From assembly GCA_030620975.1 (NCBI GenBank), contig JAUXIO010000003.1, positions 1 to 53,489 on the forward strand: DNA of 53,489 nt, written 5' to 3'. The notes under the pieces were generated by a model, which did no database searches, was not told the origin of the DNA, and worked only from the letters and a program-made list of their open reading frames with translations. Positions 1 to 8,868 of the stretch are shown here, piece after piece (positions within the stretch are counted from its first letter, which is position 1; every line of letters begins with the position of its first letter). The DNA is from Dehalococcoidia bacterium (GTDB taxonomy: Bacteria > Chloroflexota > Dehalococcoidia > GIF9 > JAUXIO01). The translations under genes were made by a program, and so were the position numbers.

Positions 1-2
1 AC

Positions 3-1871
3 TCCAGATTTGTCATTTACGACGAAGAAGACCAGCTCAATGTGATAAAGCAAAGCATCCAAGAAGTAGGCCTCGACCCCAAACAGCACGCCCCAAAGTC
101 GGTGCAATCAGCCGTCAAAGCTGCTAAAAGCCGACTGCTTACTCCCAGAGATTACGCCGAACGAACTTACAGTTACTTTGATGAAGTAGTCCAGCGAGTT
201 TATGAACGCTATCAACAGCTACTTGGCCAAAGTCAGGCGGTGGACTTTGACGATTTGCTGATGAAAACGGCCCAGTTGTTCAGCGATCTCCCCGAAGTTC
301 TGGATAGATATCAGTCGCGCTACCTGCATATTCTGGTTGACGAATTTCAAGACACCAACCTCACCCAGTATAAGCTGATAAAGCAGCTGGGCGAAAAATA
401 TCACAATATCTGCGTGGTTGGCGACCCCGACCAGTCCATTTATTCCTGGAGATTTGCCGACTTGCGCAATATCCTGAGCTTTGAGAAGGATTACCCCGAG
501 GCCAAAGTGGTCTTCCTTGAGCAAAACTACCGCTCTACCAAAACTATCCTGGAGGCGGCTTCGGGCATCATCTCATCCAATATACAACGCAAGCCAAAAA
601 CCCTGTGGACAGAGAATGAGGTTGGAGTTCCCATAGCCATCATCGAGGCTTACAGCGAAGGTGAAGAGGCTCAATTCGTAATCAACGAAGTAGAAAAGCT
701 AATTAGCGAAAAGCTAGCCTCGGCCAGCGACTGTGCCGTGATGTATCGGGTTAACGCCCAATCACGGGCGCTGGAAGAGGCCTTTATGCGTTATGGGATC
801 CCCTATAAGCTTGTTGGCGGCGTCCGCTTTTATCAGAGGCGAGAAATTAAAGACATCATCGCCTATCTCAGGCTCATCCATAACCCTTACGATAATGTTA
901 GCTTAAATCGGATAATGAATGTTCCACCGCGAGGCATCGGTCAGCGCACAGCTGGCGAGCTATCAGCCCAGGCAAAAACTCAAGATGTGCCTTTATATGC
1001 CGCCCTACAAATGCTGAAGCAAAAAGAAGCGCCCACTTTCAGCAAACGCATTGAGCAAGCTTTAGGCAACTTTACCGCCCTCATTGATGAGCTCATTGCC
1101 AAAAGTCAAGGGTTAAACTTCAGCGGTTTGCTGGACGAGGTATTACAGACTACTGGATATAAGGAATACATCTCAGAGCGGGAAGACGGCGAAGAGCGCT
1201 GGGAAAATATCATGGAACTGCGCGCCGCAGCCAAGGAATATGATGAGCTTGACCCCCAAGAGGCTTTAACCGCATTTTTGGAGAAAGTCAGCCTGGTGTC
1301 AGATATAGACGAGCTGGATGAAAAAGCTGATGCAGTGACGCTGATCACTCTACATCAGGCAAAAGGCTTGGAATTCTCCGTAGTCTTTATCGCGGGCATG
1401 GAGGAAGGCATCTTACCCCACAGAAAATCGTTTGATAAGCTGGGTGAGATGGAAGAGGAGCGCCGCCTGTGCTACGTGGGAGTAACTCGAGCCCAAAGGC
1501 GCGTCTATCTACTTCGTGCCTACCGCCGCAACTTATTTGGCGGCTCGCTGAACCCACCCTCGCGCTTCCTCAAAGACATCCCATCCGAGCTGGTGGTCAA
1601 CAAAGGTCTGTGGGAGGAAGGCAAACTAGCTCCGAAGGTCAATTTACATATCCAGCCTTCACCCCACCCCCACGATACCTTAAGCCTAAAGGCAGGCGAC
1701 CACATTCGACACGCCAACTTTGGCCCGGGCATAGTAATAAATTGCCTCCCCACCAAAGATGACCAGGTGGTGACCGTGGCCTTCGACGAGATGGGAATTA
1801 AGAAACTGCTCTTAAGCCTGGCGCCCCTGGAGAAAATAGAAAAGGCTCCAAGTTCTCTAGGAAATTATTGA
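3..1871 (+). CDS. pcrA: ATP-dependent DNA helicase PcrA/UvrD (5' end outside the window)
   Basis: Frame is open from position 3 (SRFVIYDEEDQLNVIK). Motifs: LVDEFQDTN, VGDPDQSIY, LEQNYRST, YRVNAQSR, TLHQAKGLEF, EERRLCYVGVTRA and the C-terminal GDHIRHANFGPG domain. Confidence 0.97.
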   Translation, partial: SRFVIYDEEDQLNVIKQSIQEVGLDPKQHAPKSVQSAVKAAKSRLLTPRDYAERTYSYFDEVVQRVYERYQQLLGQSQAVDFDDLLMKTAQLFSDLPEVLDRYQSRYLHILVDEFQDTNLTQYKLIKQLGEKYHNICVVGDPDQSIYSWRFADLRNILSFEKDYPEAKVVFLEQNYRSTKTILEAASGIISSNIQRKPKTLWTENEVGVPIAIIEAYSEGEEAQFVINEVEKLISEKLASASDCAVMYRVNAQSRALEEAFMRYGIPYKLVGGVRFYQRREIKDIIAYLRLIHNPYDNVSLNRIMNVPPRGIGQRTAGELSAQAKTQDVPLYAALQMLKQKEAPTFSKRIEQALGNFTALIDELIAKSQGLNFSGLLDEVLQTTGYKEYISEREDGEERWENIMELRAAAKEYDELDPQEALTAFLEKVSLVSDIDELDEKADAVTLITLHQAKGLEFSVVFIAGMEEGILPHRKSFDKLGEMEEERRLCYVGVTRAQRRVYLLRAYRRNLFGGSLNPPSRFLKDIPSELVVNKGLWEEGKLAPKVNLHIQPSPHPHDTLSLKAGDHIRHANFGPGIVINCLPTKDDQVVTVAFDEMGIKKLLLSLAPLEKIEKAPSSLGNY

Positions 1872-1896
1872 TATTTTACACTAAACCGTGTAAACT
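1868..1896 (+). promoter_or_regulatory. sigma70-type promoter for mutL
   Basis: TTGATA-17 bp-TAAACT, ending 8 bp before the mutL ATG. Confidence 0.5.
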
Positions 1897-1904
1897 AAGC
1901 CGGT

Positions 1905-3560
1905 ATGCCCATTAAAGTTTTAGCTCCGGAGATAGCTGGCAAGATCGCCGCCGGCGAGGTGGTGGAGGGGCCGGCTTCGGTGGTGAAGGAGCTGGTAGAG
2001 AACTCGCTGGATGCCGGTGCCAGTCAAGTCAGGATTGAAGCTCAAGGTGGCGGCGTAAGCTCAATTAGGGTAACCGATAACGGGTGTAGTATCCCTTTAG
2101 CAGAAGTTGAGCTCGCCTTCCAACGCCACGCCACCAGTAAAATTGATGAGCTGGCCGACTTAGAGAATATCTCCAGCCTCGGTTTTCGCGGCGAGGCTTT
2201 GCCCAGCATCGCCGCCATGGCCAAGGTGGAAATGCTAACCAAGGCGGCATCAGATGCCGTGGGAAGCTACCTACACCTCAGAGATGGCGCCGTAGTGGAT
2301 AGGGGAAATAGAGCCAGAGTCCAAGGCACCACCATTACCATACACCGACTTTTCCGCCACTTCCCAGCTAGGTTCAAGTTCCTCAAATCGGCAACTACGG
2401 AAAATAGCCACATCGCCCACGTGGTAAGCCGATATGCCCTTGCCTTCCCCGAGGTAAGATTCAGTCTATCTTTAAACGGACGACTGGCATTGCATACCCA
2501 GGGTAATGGCAATTTGCAAGATGTGGTCGCCGAAATCTACGGCTGGGAAATAGCTCAAAATATGCTCAGGATAGCCGGCCTTGACAGCTTCCCCAAAGTT
2601 AGTGGCTTGATAAGCCCGCCATCTTCAAGTCGCTCCAGCCGCTCCTATATTAGCTTCTTTGTCAATCGACGCTGGGTACAAAGTCGCCTGCTAGCCCGAG
2701 CCGTGGAACAAGCTTACCAAGGCCGCCTCATGAGCGATAGGCATCCCATGGCAGTCATTAATATATCGCTGCCACATCAGGAAATTGATGTCAATGTGCA
2801 TCCAACCAAAACTGAAGTGAGATTCCGCGGGGAGCAAGCCATTTTCACTGCCGTGGAGAGAGCGGTAAAAGCGGCGTTGGCCAAAGCGCCCCTACCCAAA
2901 GTTAAAACCATGCTTTCTTACCCCTCGCCAGCTCAAAGTGAAGGGTTATGGACGATGAGAAACGGTGAGCCGACGGCAGCTGATTCCTTACCCATCCTGC
3001 GGGTGATGGGACAGCTGACCAACAGCTATATCATCGCCGAGGGTCCCGAGGGACTTTACCTCATTGATCAGCACGCCGCTCACGAGCGCGTCCTCTACGA
3101 AAAGCTGTTAACCCAGCAGTCGACACGGAAAGTAGAAATCCAAGGCCTACTGGAACCAGTGACCATAGAACTCGGTCCCAAACAAGAGGAGGTTTTAAAA
3201 GCTAGAAGCGAGGCCCTCACCGAGTTCGGCTTCAACATTGAGCCATTCGGTAGCAAGAGTTGCCTAATACGGGCTGCGCCCGCAGTAACGAGCGGAACAA
3301 ACTTGAGGGAAATGATAAGGGCGCTGCTGGATGACCTCGCCGCTGATGAGGCGCCGCTCAAGTGGCAAGAAAAAGTGGCTCAATCCCTAGCCTGCCACAG
3401 CGCCATCAAGGCGGGACAGGCATTAAGCAATGAGGAAATGAGAGAGCTGGTGAAACAACTTGAGCAGACGGCTCTGCCCGGCACCTGCCCCCATGGCAGA
3501 CCGACTATGATTCATCTAAGCTCCCACCAACTGGAAAGGGAATTTGGCAGGCTGGGGTAG
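1905..3560 (+). CDS. mutL: DNA mismatch repair endonuclease MutL (short linker)
   Basis: IAAGEVV, KELVENSLDAGA, HATSKI, LGFRGEALPSI, DVNVHPTKTEV; endonuclease motifs DQHAAHERVLYE, ACH, CPHGRP. Confidence 0.97.
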   Translation: MPIKVLAPEIAGKIAAGEVVEGPASVVKELVENSLDAGASQVRIEAQGGGVSSIRVTDNGCSIPLAEVELAFQRHATSKIDELADLENISSLGFRGEALPSIAAMAKVEMLTKAASDAVGSYLHLRDGAVVDRGNRARVQGTTITIHRLFRHFPARFKFLKSATTENSHIAHVVSRYALAFPEVRFSLSLNGRLALHTQGNGNLQDVVAEIYGWEIAQNMLRIAGLDSFPKVSGLISPPSSSRSSRSYISFFVNRRWVQSRLLARAVEQAYQGRLMSDRHPMAVINISLPHQEIDVNVHPTKTEVRFRGEQAIFTAVERAVKAALAKAPLPKVKTMLSYPSPAQSEGLWTMRNGEPTAADSLPILRVMGQLTNSYIIAEGPEGLYLIDQHAAHERVLYEKLLTQQSTRKVEIQGLLEPVTIELGPKQEEVLKARSEALTEFGFNIEPFGSKSCLIRAAPAVTSGTNLREMIRALLDDLAADEAPLKWQEKVAQSLACHSAIKAGQALSNEEMRELVKQLEQTALPGTCPHGRPTMIHLSSHQLEREFGRLG

Positions 3561-3562
3561 CT

Positions 3563-6109
3563 CTAGGGCAAGCTTGAATCACCCTTATAAATTCCAGTCT
3601 GTTCTCGCAGACATTCATAGAGGGCTTTCCCCTGTTCTTCTAAAATACCGTTTACCTGCCTTAATGCCCTCATATAATCAGAGAATTCCCTCCCCTCTAT
3701 GGCAACATTATAATCTTGAGCTAACCCTCCTACGATGGAGATCATTTCTTCCCTCAACAGTTCATAGAGTTCTTTTCCTTTAATATGGGAAAGTGCTCTG
3801 GCCAAAGCCAAAGATACAGACAAAATGGCATTCATTCCCAGAGTTCCTTTTCTCTGCATTACCAGGACCTGAGCCTCCTCTTTTGCTTCGGGAGATAATT
3901 TTCCGTTTTGAACGGCAGCTTCCCTCTCTAGATCAAGAAGAGTCTTATCTATATCTTTCAACGATAAACTAGCCAGATCTTTCCCCTCAAACTTGGGCGC
4001 AATTATTTTCACAACGTTCTCTGCGGCATTTAAGCAGCCTTTCCCTTCGTATCTCTCGGATTTGATAAAAAGTTGGATTAATTTCTCATCCCCAGTTTCC
4101 CTTACTTGGGATTCACTTACTCCTTTCTTGAACTCATAAGTGGCTTCCTCCACCTTTTGGAACAAATCCGAATGTCTATCTGCAACCTCTTTATATTCTG
4201 CGTATTCAATTAGAGAATCTATCAGGTGTATGGCTTCCCCAGCTCCGGCAGAAGTTCCTAAAGGAGTAGCTCCCCTCTTTTCCAAAATCAACTGCGTTTC
4301 GGGCGAATATACTTGCACCTCTACACCCACGGTAGGTATGCCAGCATTGGTAGGTTCTTCACAAGAAGTAAAATTCCTTATGATGGCCTTTGCTCCTTCC
4401 TTAAGCGAAGTAAGGGCAATGCCTCTTTCCAATTTGTTCATTAAATCGAGAACTTTCTGATATTTAACTAACCTTTCCGTGTTTGCTCCTCCACCCGCTT
4501 TCAAGCCCAAGGCATTGACCGCCAAAGCGATTTGAGCTTCCATATCGTCATTGGGTGATTTGGAGCGGTGAGAGACCACCAATTCCAAATTCTTGCCTAG
4601 AGCCACCAGCACGGCCAGGATCGTCTCATATAAAGTTCCTATTTGATTGGCTTTAATTAAAGCGGTGTTGATTAGGTGTCGGGAGGCAGACATCTCAATC
4701 GTCTTATCATTGGTAGTTACCAAGTCGTCACCAATCACGAGAATTCTATCTCCCAATTCTTCTAAGAGCATCTGCCAGCCCTGGTAGTCGTCCTCAGCAA
4801 AGCCGTCCTCGATAGAGATTATGGGTATCTCATACTCTTGAATGGCTTTCCTATATATTTCCAAAACCTCGTCCCTGCTGAGGATAACCCTGGCCTTATC
4901 TCTCCAGAACAAATATGTACCCACGCTGTCGGGCATGTTGTACTCTTCTCGATAAGCATTCTGTAATTCACTCATCGCGGGATCCAAGGCAATAGCTATA
5001 TCTACTCCCGGTTTATAGCCACATTCCTCTATAGACTGCTTCATCATCGTCCATAATCTTAGTTCAGGTAAAGGATAATCTCCCTTTTCAATGTAAGGAG
5101 CAAGACCTCCTTCCAAGCCTATTCCCATTACGCGGCAACCCTCTCCCTTCTCAATAATCTCCTTTAGACGATTCTGGAGCTTAACCGTCATCTCCTGAGC
5201 CTCTTCGTAATTTGGAGCTCCCAAAATTACGAACATTCCCTCCTGCATGCTTATGTTCGATTCGGGATATTCCTTCTCAGTATGTCTTCCCCCCATGCCG
5301 CAGTTCCTGAATTGCCAAGGGGCTTCCACTCTCCCCAAAGAAGGATGGACTGCTTTCTGAATTCTTTCCTCAAGCATCCGCTGCTTTACGCCCTGGGAGG
5401 CCTGGTACCAATCAGATACCTTTTCTACCATTTCGGCTTTATATTTTGCCTTTTCCTCCCTCTCTCTAAATTTCCTATATTTCCCGGGGTCGGCGATGAA
5501 AAAGTCTAGTAGAGTGACTAGTCCTATTCCTAAACATAATCTCCCTATGTACAGACTTGGTATATAGTTAAAGTGCAAACCGAAGTAGAGGAGCATTATG
5601 GCCAAGGGCAAGGCAAACAAACAAGCATCCCTGCTAGCCTTTGGTCCATTGGCAGCTACTGCCAGATTGTAAGGAGCATCAGGATAGTAATTTAGGCCTT
5701 CCCTCTTTATTCCCAAGGCCTTACCATAAGGAATGAGGATAAACATCTTAGCGTAGTAAAAAATCCTCTTCACAAGGCTCTGATTAAATTTTTGGTTGAA
5801 TCCCTCTTGAGCGCTTCGATTCAAAGCATTGATCCTGCCTGCCTCTAGGAAGTGTCCCATTTCATGGATGGCAATCCCAGCATGGAAGCTTATATACATA
5901 AATAAGGCGGAGATAAAGGTCTCAGGACTTACGAAGATGAATTTTAAGACCTCCGTCTTAAAGACATGGGCTAAGGGCAAAGATAAAACTGAGGAGATGA
6001 AAGCAACATGGAAGGAGACCAAAATATGGTTGGCTAGTACCCAACCTTTTTCTAGGCGAGCGCCATCTTTATATCCTGCTTCCAATTTCTTGTAATTGGG
6101 GGGCTTCAT
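3563..6109 (-). CDS. Fusion of an N-terminal membrane M50/site-2-protease-like domain with a circularly permuted enolase (barrel first, capping domain last)
   Basis: aa 1-210 are hydrophobic with AIHEMGH and VAANGP. aa 262-560 carry enolase barrel motifs (GGRH, QEGM, EGGLAP, ALD, SIEDG, GDDL, LIKANQIGT, SHRS, ERLVKY). aa 574-787 carry enolase N-domain motifs (GIPTVGVEV, PLGTSAG, RYEGKG, LGMNAILSVSLALARA). Confidence 0.9.
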   Translation of the reverse strand: MKPPNYKKLEAGYKDGARLEKGWVLANHILVSFHVAFISSVLSLPLAHVFKTEVLKFIFVSPETFISALFMYISFHAGIAIHEMGHFLEAGRINALNRSAQEGFNQKFNQSLVKRIFYYAKMFILIPYGKALGIKREGLNYYPDAPYNLAVAANGPKASRDACLFALPLAIMLLYFGLHFNYIPSLYIGRLCLGIGLVTLLDFFIADPGKYRKFREREEKAKYKAEMVEKVSDWYQASQGVKQRMLEERIQKAVHPSLGRVEAPWQFRNCGMGGRHTEKEYPESNISMQEGMFVILGAPNYEEAQEMTVKLQNRLKEIIEKGEGCRVMGIGLEGGLAPYIEKGDYPLPELRLWTMMKQSIEECGYKPGVDIAIALDPAMSELQNAYREEYNMPDSVGTYLFWRDKARVILSRDEVLEIYRKAIQEYEIPIISIEDGFAEDDYQGWQMLLEELGDRILVIGDDLVTTNDKTIEMSASRHLINTALIKANQIGTLYETILAVLVALGKNLELVVSHRSKSPNDDMEAQIALAVNALGLKAGGGANTERLVKYQKVLDLMNKLERGIALTSLKEGAKAIIRNFTSCEEPTNAGIPTVGVEVQVYSPETQLILEKRGATPLGTSAGAGEAIHLIDSLIEYAEYKEVADRHSDLFQKVEEATYEFKKGVSESQVRETGDEKLIQLFIKSERYEGKGCLNAAENVVKIIAPKFEGKDLASLSLKDIDKTLLDLEREAAVQNGKLSPEAKEEAQVLVMQRKGTLGMNAILSVSLALARALSHIKGKELYELLREEMISIVGGLAQDYNVAIEGREFSDYMRALRQVNGILEEQGKALYECLREQTGIYKGDSSLP

Positions 6110-6130
6110 TACGACCAGCTAACTATAGGC

Positions 6131-6160
6131 ATTCTAACACGACCCTAACTTCTGGGACAA
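6131..6160 (-). promoter_or_regulatory. sigma70-type promoter for the enolase-fusion gene
   Basis: Minus strand TTGTCC-18 bp-TAGAAT with TGn extension, 21 bp upstream of the ATG. Confidence 0.45.
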
Positions 6161-6185
6161 GCTGCTGCAAGGTGAGTCAGTTACT

Positions 6186-6941
6186 TCAAAGCTTCAGCTT
6201 GTCAGCTATTTCCCTTACCCCCAGTTGAAGAGGGGAATCTGGAGGTAACTGGATTAGAGGAATCCCCTTCACTTCCAAGTCAGCAAGGTTTGGATCCTCG
6301 AGAATGGTGGCGATGAGATGAAGCCCAAGACCATCAGCAGCCTCCTTTATTTCCCGAGGAGGCCCGCCTTTAACTCGGTTAATCATTAAATAAACCCCCC
6401 CAACCTTAGTTCTCAACTCTTGAATAAGTTCTTTCATGGCTGCAGCAGCAGTAATACCCCGCACCGTGGGGTCAGAAATGGTGAGCAAGACATCTATGTC
6501 TCCCGCCGTCTGCCGACTGATATGCTCCATGCCAGCTTCGCAATCAATGACCACATAGTCATAATTCCGAGTGAGGCGACCTATAGAAAGACGAAGCATG
6601 TGATTGGCAGCACAGTAACAGCCCGGTCCCTCAGGGCGCCCCATTGTTAACAGGTCGACCTTATCCGATTCAACCAGGGTTGCTCTTATTCTTCCCTGCA
6701 GAATGTCTTGCATAGGCACCCCGGTAGGAAGGCTCTGCTTTTGAATATCTTTGACCATCTCCTCACGCACTCCACCCACGGTGCCTTCAAGTGGCAGACC
6801 CAAAGCCAGATTAAGATTGGCACTAGGGTCGGCATCAACGGCTAGAACTATGCCCTTCTGCGAAAGCAAGTCTATAAGCAAGGCGGCAATTATGGTCTTC
6901 CCAACACCACCTTTCCCAGCAATAGCAATCGCGGTCGTCAT
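6186..6941 (-). CDS. cooC: CODH/ACS nickel-insertion ATPase (CooC/AcsF family)
   Basis: GKGGVGKT, DADP, MGRPEGPGCYC nickel-binding CxC, DCEAGMEHISR; lies in the ACS cluster. Confidence 0.92.
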   Translation of the reverse strand: MTTAIAIAGKGGVGKTIIAALLIDLLSQKGIVLAVDADPSANLNLALGLPLEGTVGGVREEMVKDIQKQSLPTGVPMQDILQGRIRATLVESDKVDLLTMGRPEGPGCYCAANHMLRLSIGRLTRNYDYVVIDCEAGMEHISRQTAGDIDVLLTISDPTVRGITAAAAMKELIQELRTKVGGVYLMINRVKGGPPREIKEAADGLGLHLIATILEDPNLADLEVKGIPLIQLPPDSPLQLGVREIADKLKL

Positions 6942-6949
6942 TTAGGCGC

Positions 6950-8863
6950 TTAGCCTCCAGCTTCCTTAGGGCTACTTGCCTCCGATGGAGGCAGTAAACT
7001 TATCGGCGATAGCTTTATGACGGCACTGTACTCAGAGGGACACATCTCAAGGCAGGTGCCACACTTAGTGCATTTGCTCTGGTCGATGACTTTTATCCCC
7101 TTTTCATTACTGGTGATGGCTTTAGGTGAGCAGGCCAAAATGCAATGCTCGCAGGCCCTGTCACACTTCTCGGGAAGAATATAATAAGCAGTAAGCTCCT
7201 TACACACCAAAGCGGGACAGCGCTTCTCGCGAATATGGGCCTCATACTCATCGCGAAAATAGCGAATGGTAGTTAGAACTGGATTGGGCGCAGTTTTACC
7301 CAAGTTACACAGCGAGCCCATCTTAATGTCCTCGGCCAACTCAAAGAGCAAATCGATGTCTTCAATTCTGCCCTTGCCGGCGGCAATGCCTTCCAAAATA
7401 TCCAGCATCTGCTTTGTGCCCAAACGACACAAAGTGCACTTACCACAAGACTCTTTCTGAATGAAGTCGAGGAAAAAGCGGGCGGTATCCACCATACAGT
7501 TGTCCTCATCCATAACAATCATGCCCCCCGAACCCATCATTACCCCCACCTCAATCAGCGAGTCAAAATCGACTGGGGTATCCAGCAAACTCTCAGGCAG
7601 ACAACCGCCCGATGGTCCACCAATTTGCACCGCTTTCAAAGCCTTACCCTCAGGTACGCCGCCACCGATATCAAAAATGAGCTCACGCAAAGTTGTACCC
7701 ATGGGCACTTCGGCCAAGCCGGTATTAACCAGCTTGCCAGCCAAAGCAAACACTGCCGTGCCTTTACTTCTCTCCGTGCCCATAGCAGAAAACCAATCTG
7801 CGCCGCAATTAATTATTAGCGGGATGTAAGCAAGGGTCTTCACATTATTTATCACGGTGGGCTTATCCCACAGTCCAGCCTCCGCGGGATAAGGCGGTCT
7901 CGGTCTGGGAACGCTCCGCTTGCCCTCAATAGCCTGCATTAACGCCGTCTCCTCACCAGAGACGAAGGCGCCAGCACCCAGTGCCAACCTTATATGGAAA
8001 TTGAAACCGCTGCCCAAGATATTATCCCCCAAAAAGCCCAGCTCTTCCGCTTGCTTTAAGGCAATTCCCAAACGCTCAATAGCTAAGGGATACTCGGCGC
8101 GGATATAAATATAGCCCTGAGAGGCACCCAGCGCATAACCGCCGATGAGCATACCCTCAAGAACCTCATGCGGGTCACTCTCCAAAATTACCCGGTCCAT
8201 AAAAGCACCAGGGTCTCCCTCATCGGCATTGCAAATCACATATTTGGGCTCAACCAAGGCATTGCGGCAGACCTGCCACTTCTCCCCGGTGGGAAAGCCA
8301 GCACCACCCCGACCACGCAACCCCGACCTTTTTACCTCCTCAATTACCTCTCCTTGGGGCATTCTCAAGGCTTTAACCAAACCCGCATAGCCGCCGCTGG
8401 CAATATAATGGTTTATATCCTCTGGGTTAACATAGCCGCAATGGCGCAAGAGCAGGCGTCTTTCGCGCTCAAACCTGAGTAACTCTGGAATATAAACGGC
8501 TTCGCCATCACCGCCTTCGACAGCCCCCAAAGCCAATTCCAGACAGGGGTCATCACCCAGAATATAACCTTCAACCAAGCGAGAAACAACTTCGGGGGTA
8601 ACCTTACCATAGCAAACGCGGAAGGAATCCGGCTTAATTATTACTACCAGGGGCTCGGCATAGCAAAGTCCCATGCAGCCAACTTGGGTGATATTAGCCT
8701 CGGCATTTTGCCGCCGAAGTTCCTCTCTGAAGGCTTCAACTACAGCTAACGCTCCGGCAGCTCTGCCACAGGTGGCGGTGCCGATAAGAATATTGGGCAC
8801 TTCGCCATGGTAAAGGGACTTCCATTGTGATACCGCTCGACTTTTAATTTGCTCAAAGGTCAC
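6950..8863 (-). CDS. NuoF/HydB-like FMN- and NADH-binding Fe-S flavoprotein, long bifurcating-type architecture
   Basis: N-terminal thioredoxin-like Fe-S domain (TCG...GCMGLC), SGLRGRGGAGFPTG, CNADEGDPGAFMDR, GGPSGG, ESCGKCTLCR, C-terminal 2x[4Fe-4S] domain. Confidence 0.92.
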   Translation of the reverse strand: MTFEQIKSRAVSQWKSLYHGEVPNILIGTATCGRAAGALAVVEAFREELRRQNAEANITQVGCMGLCYAEPLVVIIKPDSFRVCYGKVTPEVVSRLVEGYILGDDPCLELALGAVEGGDGEAVYIPELLRFERERRLLLRHCGYVNPEDINHYIASGGYAGLVKALRMPQGEVIEEVKRSGLRGRGGAGFPTGEKWQVCRNALVEPKYVICNADEGDPGAFMDRVILESDPHEVLEGMLIGGYALGASQGYIYIRAEYPLAIERLGIALKQAEELGFLGDNILGSGFNFHIRLALGAGAFVSGEETALMQAIEGKRSVPRPRPPYPAEAGLWDKPTVINNVKTLAYIPLIINCGADWFSAMGTERSKGTAVFALAGKLVNTGLAEVPMGTTLRELIFDIGGGVPEGKALKAVQIGGPSGGCLPESLLDTPVDFDSLIEVGVMMGSGGMIVMDEDNCMVDTARFFLDFIQKESCGKCTLCRLGTKQMLDILEGIAAGKGRIEDIDLLFELAEDIKMGSLCNLGKTAPNPVLTTIRYFRDEYEAHIREKRCPALVCKELTAYYILPEKCDRACEHCILACSPKAITSNEKGIKVIDQSKCTKCGTCLEMCPSEYSAVIKLSPISLLPPSEASSPKEAGG

Positions 8864-8868
8864 TAAAG

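Noticed and set aside
3563-6109. Enolase order as two fused partial gene copies from mis-assembly
   Set aside because: The halves are complementary and non-overlapping, joined in frame by a short linker, and evenly diverged. A read-level check is still advisable.
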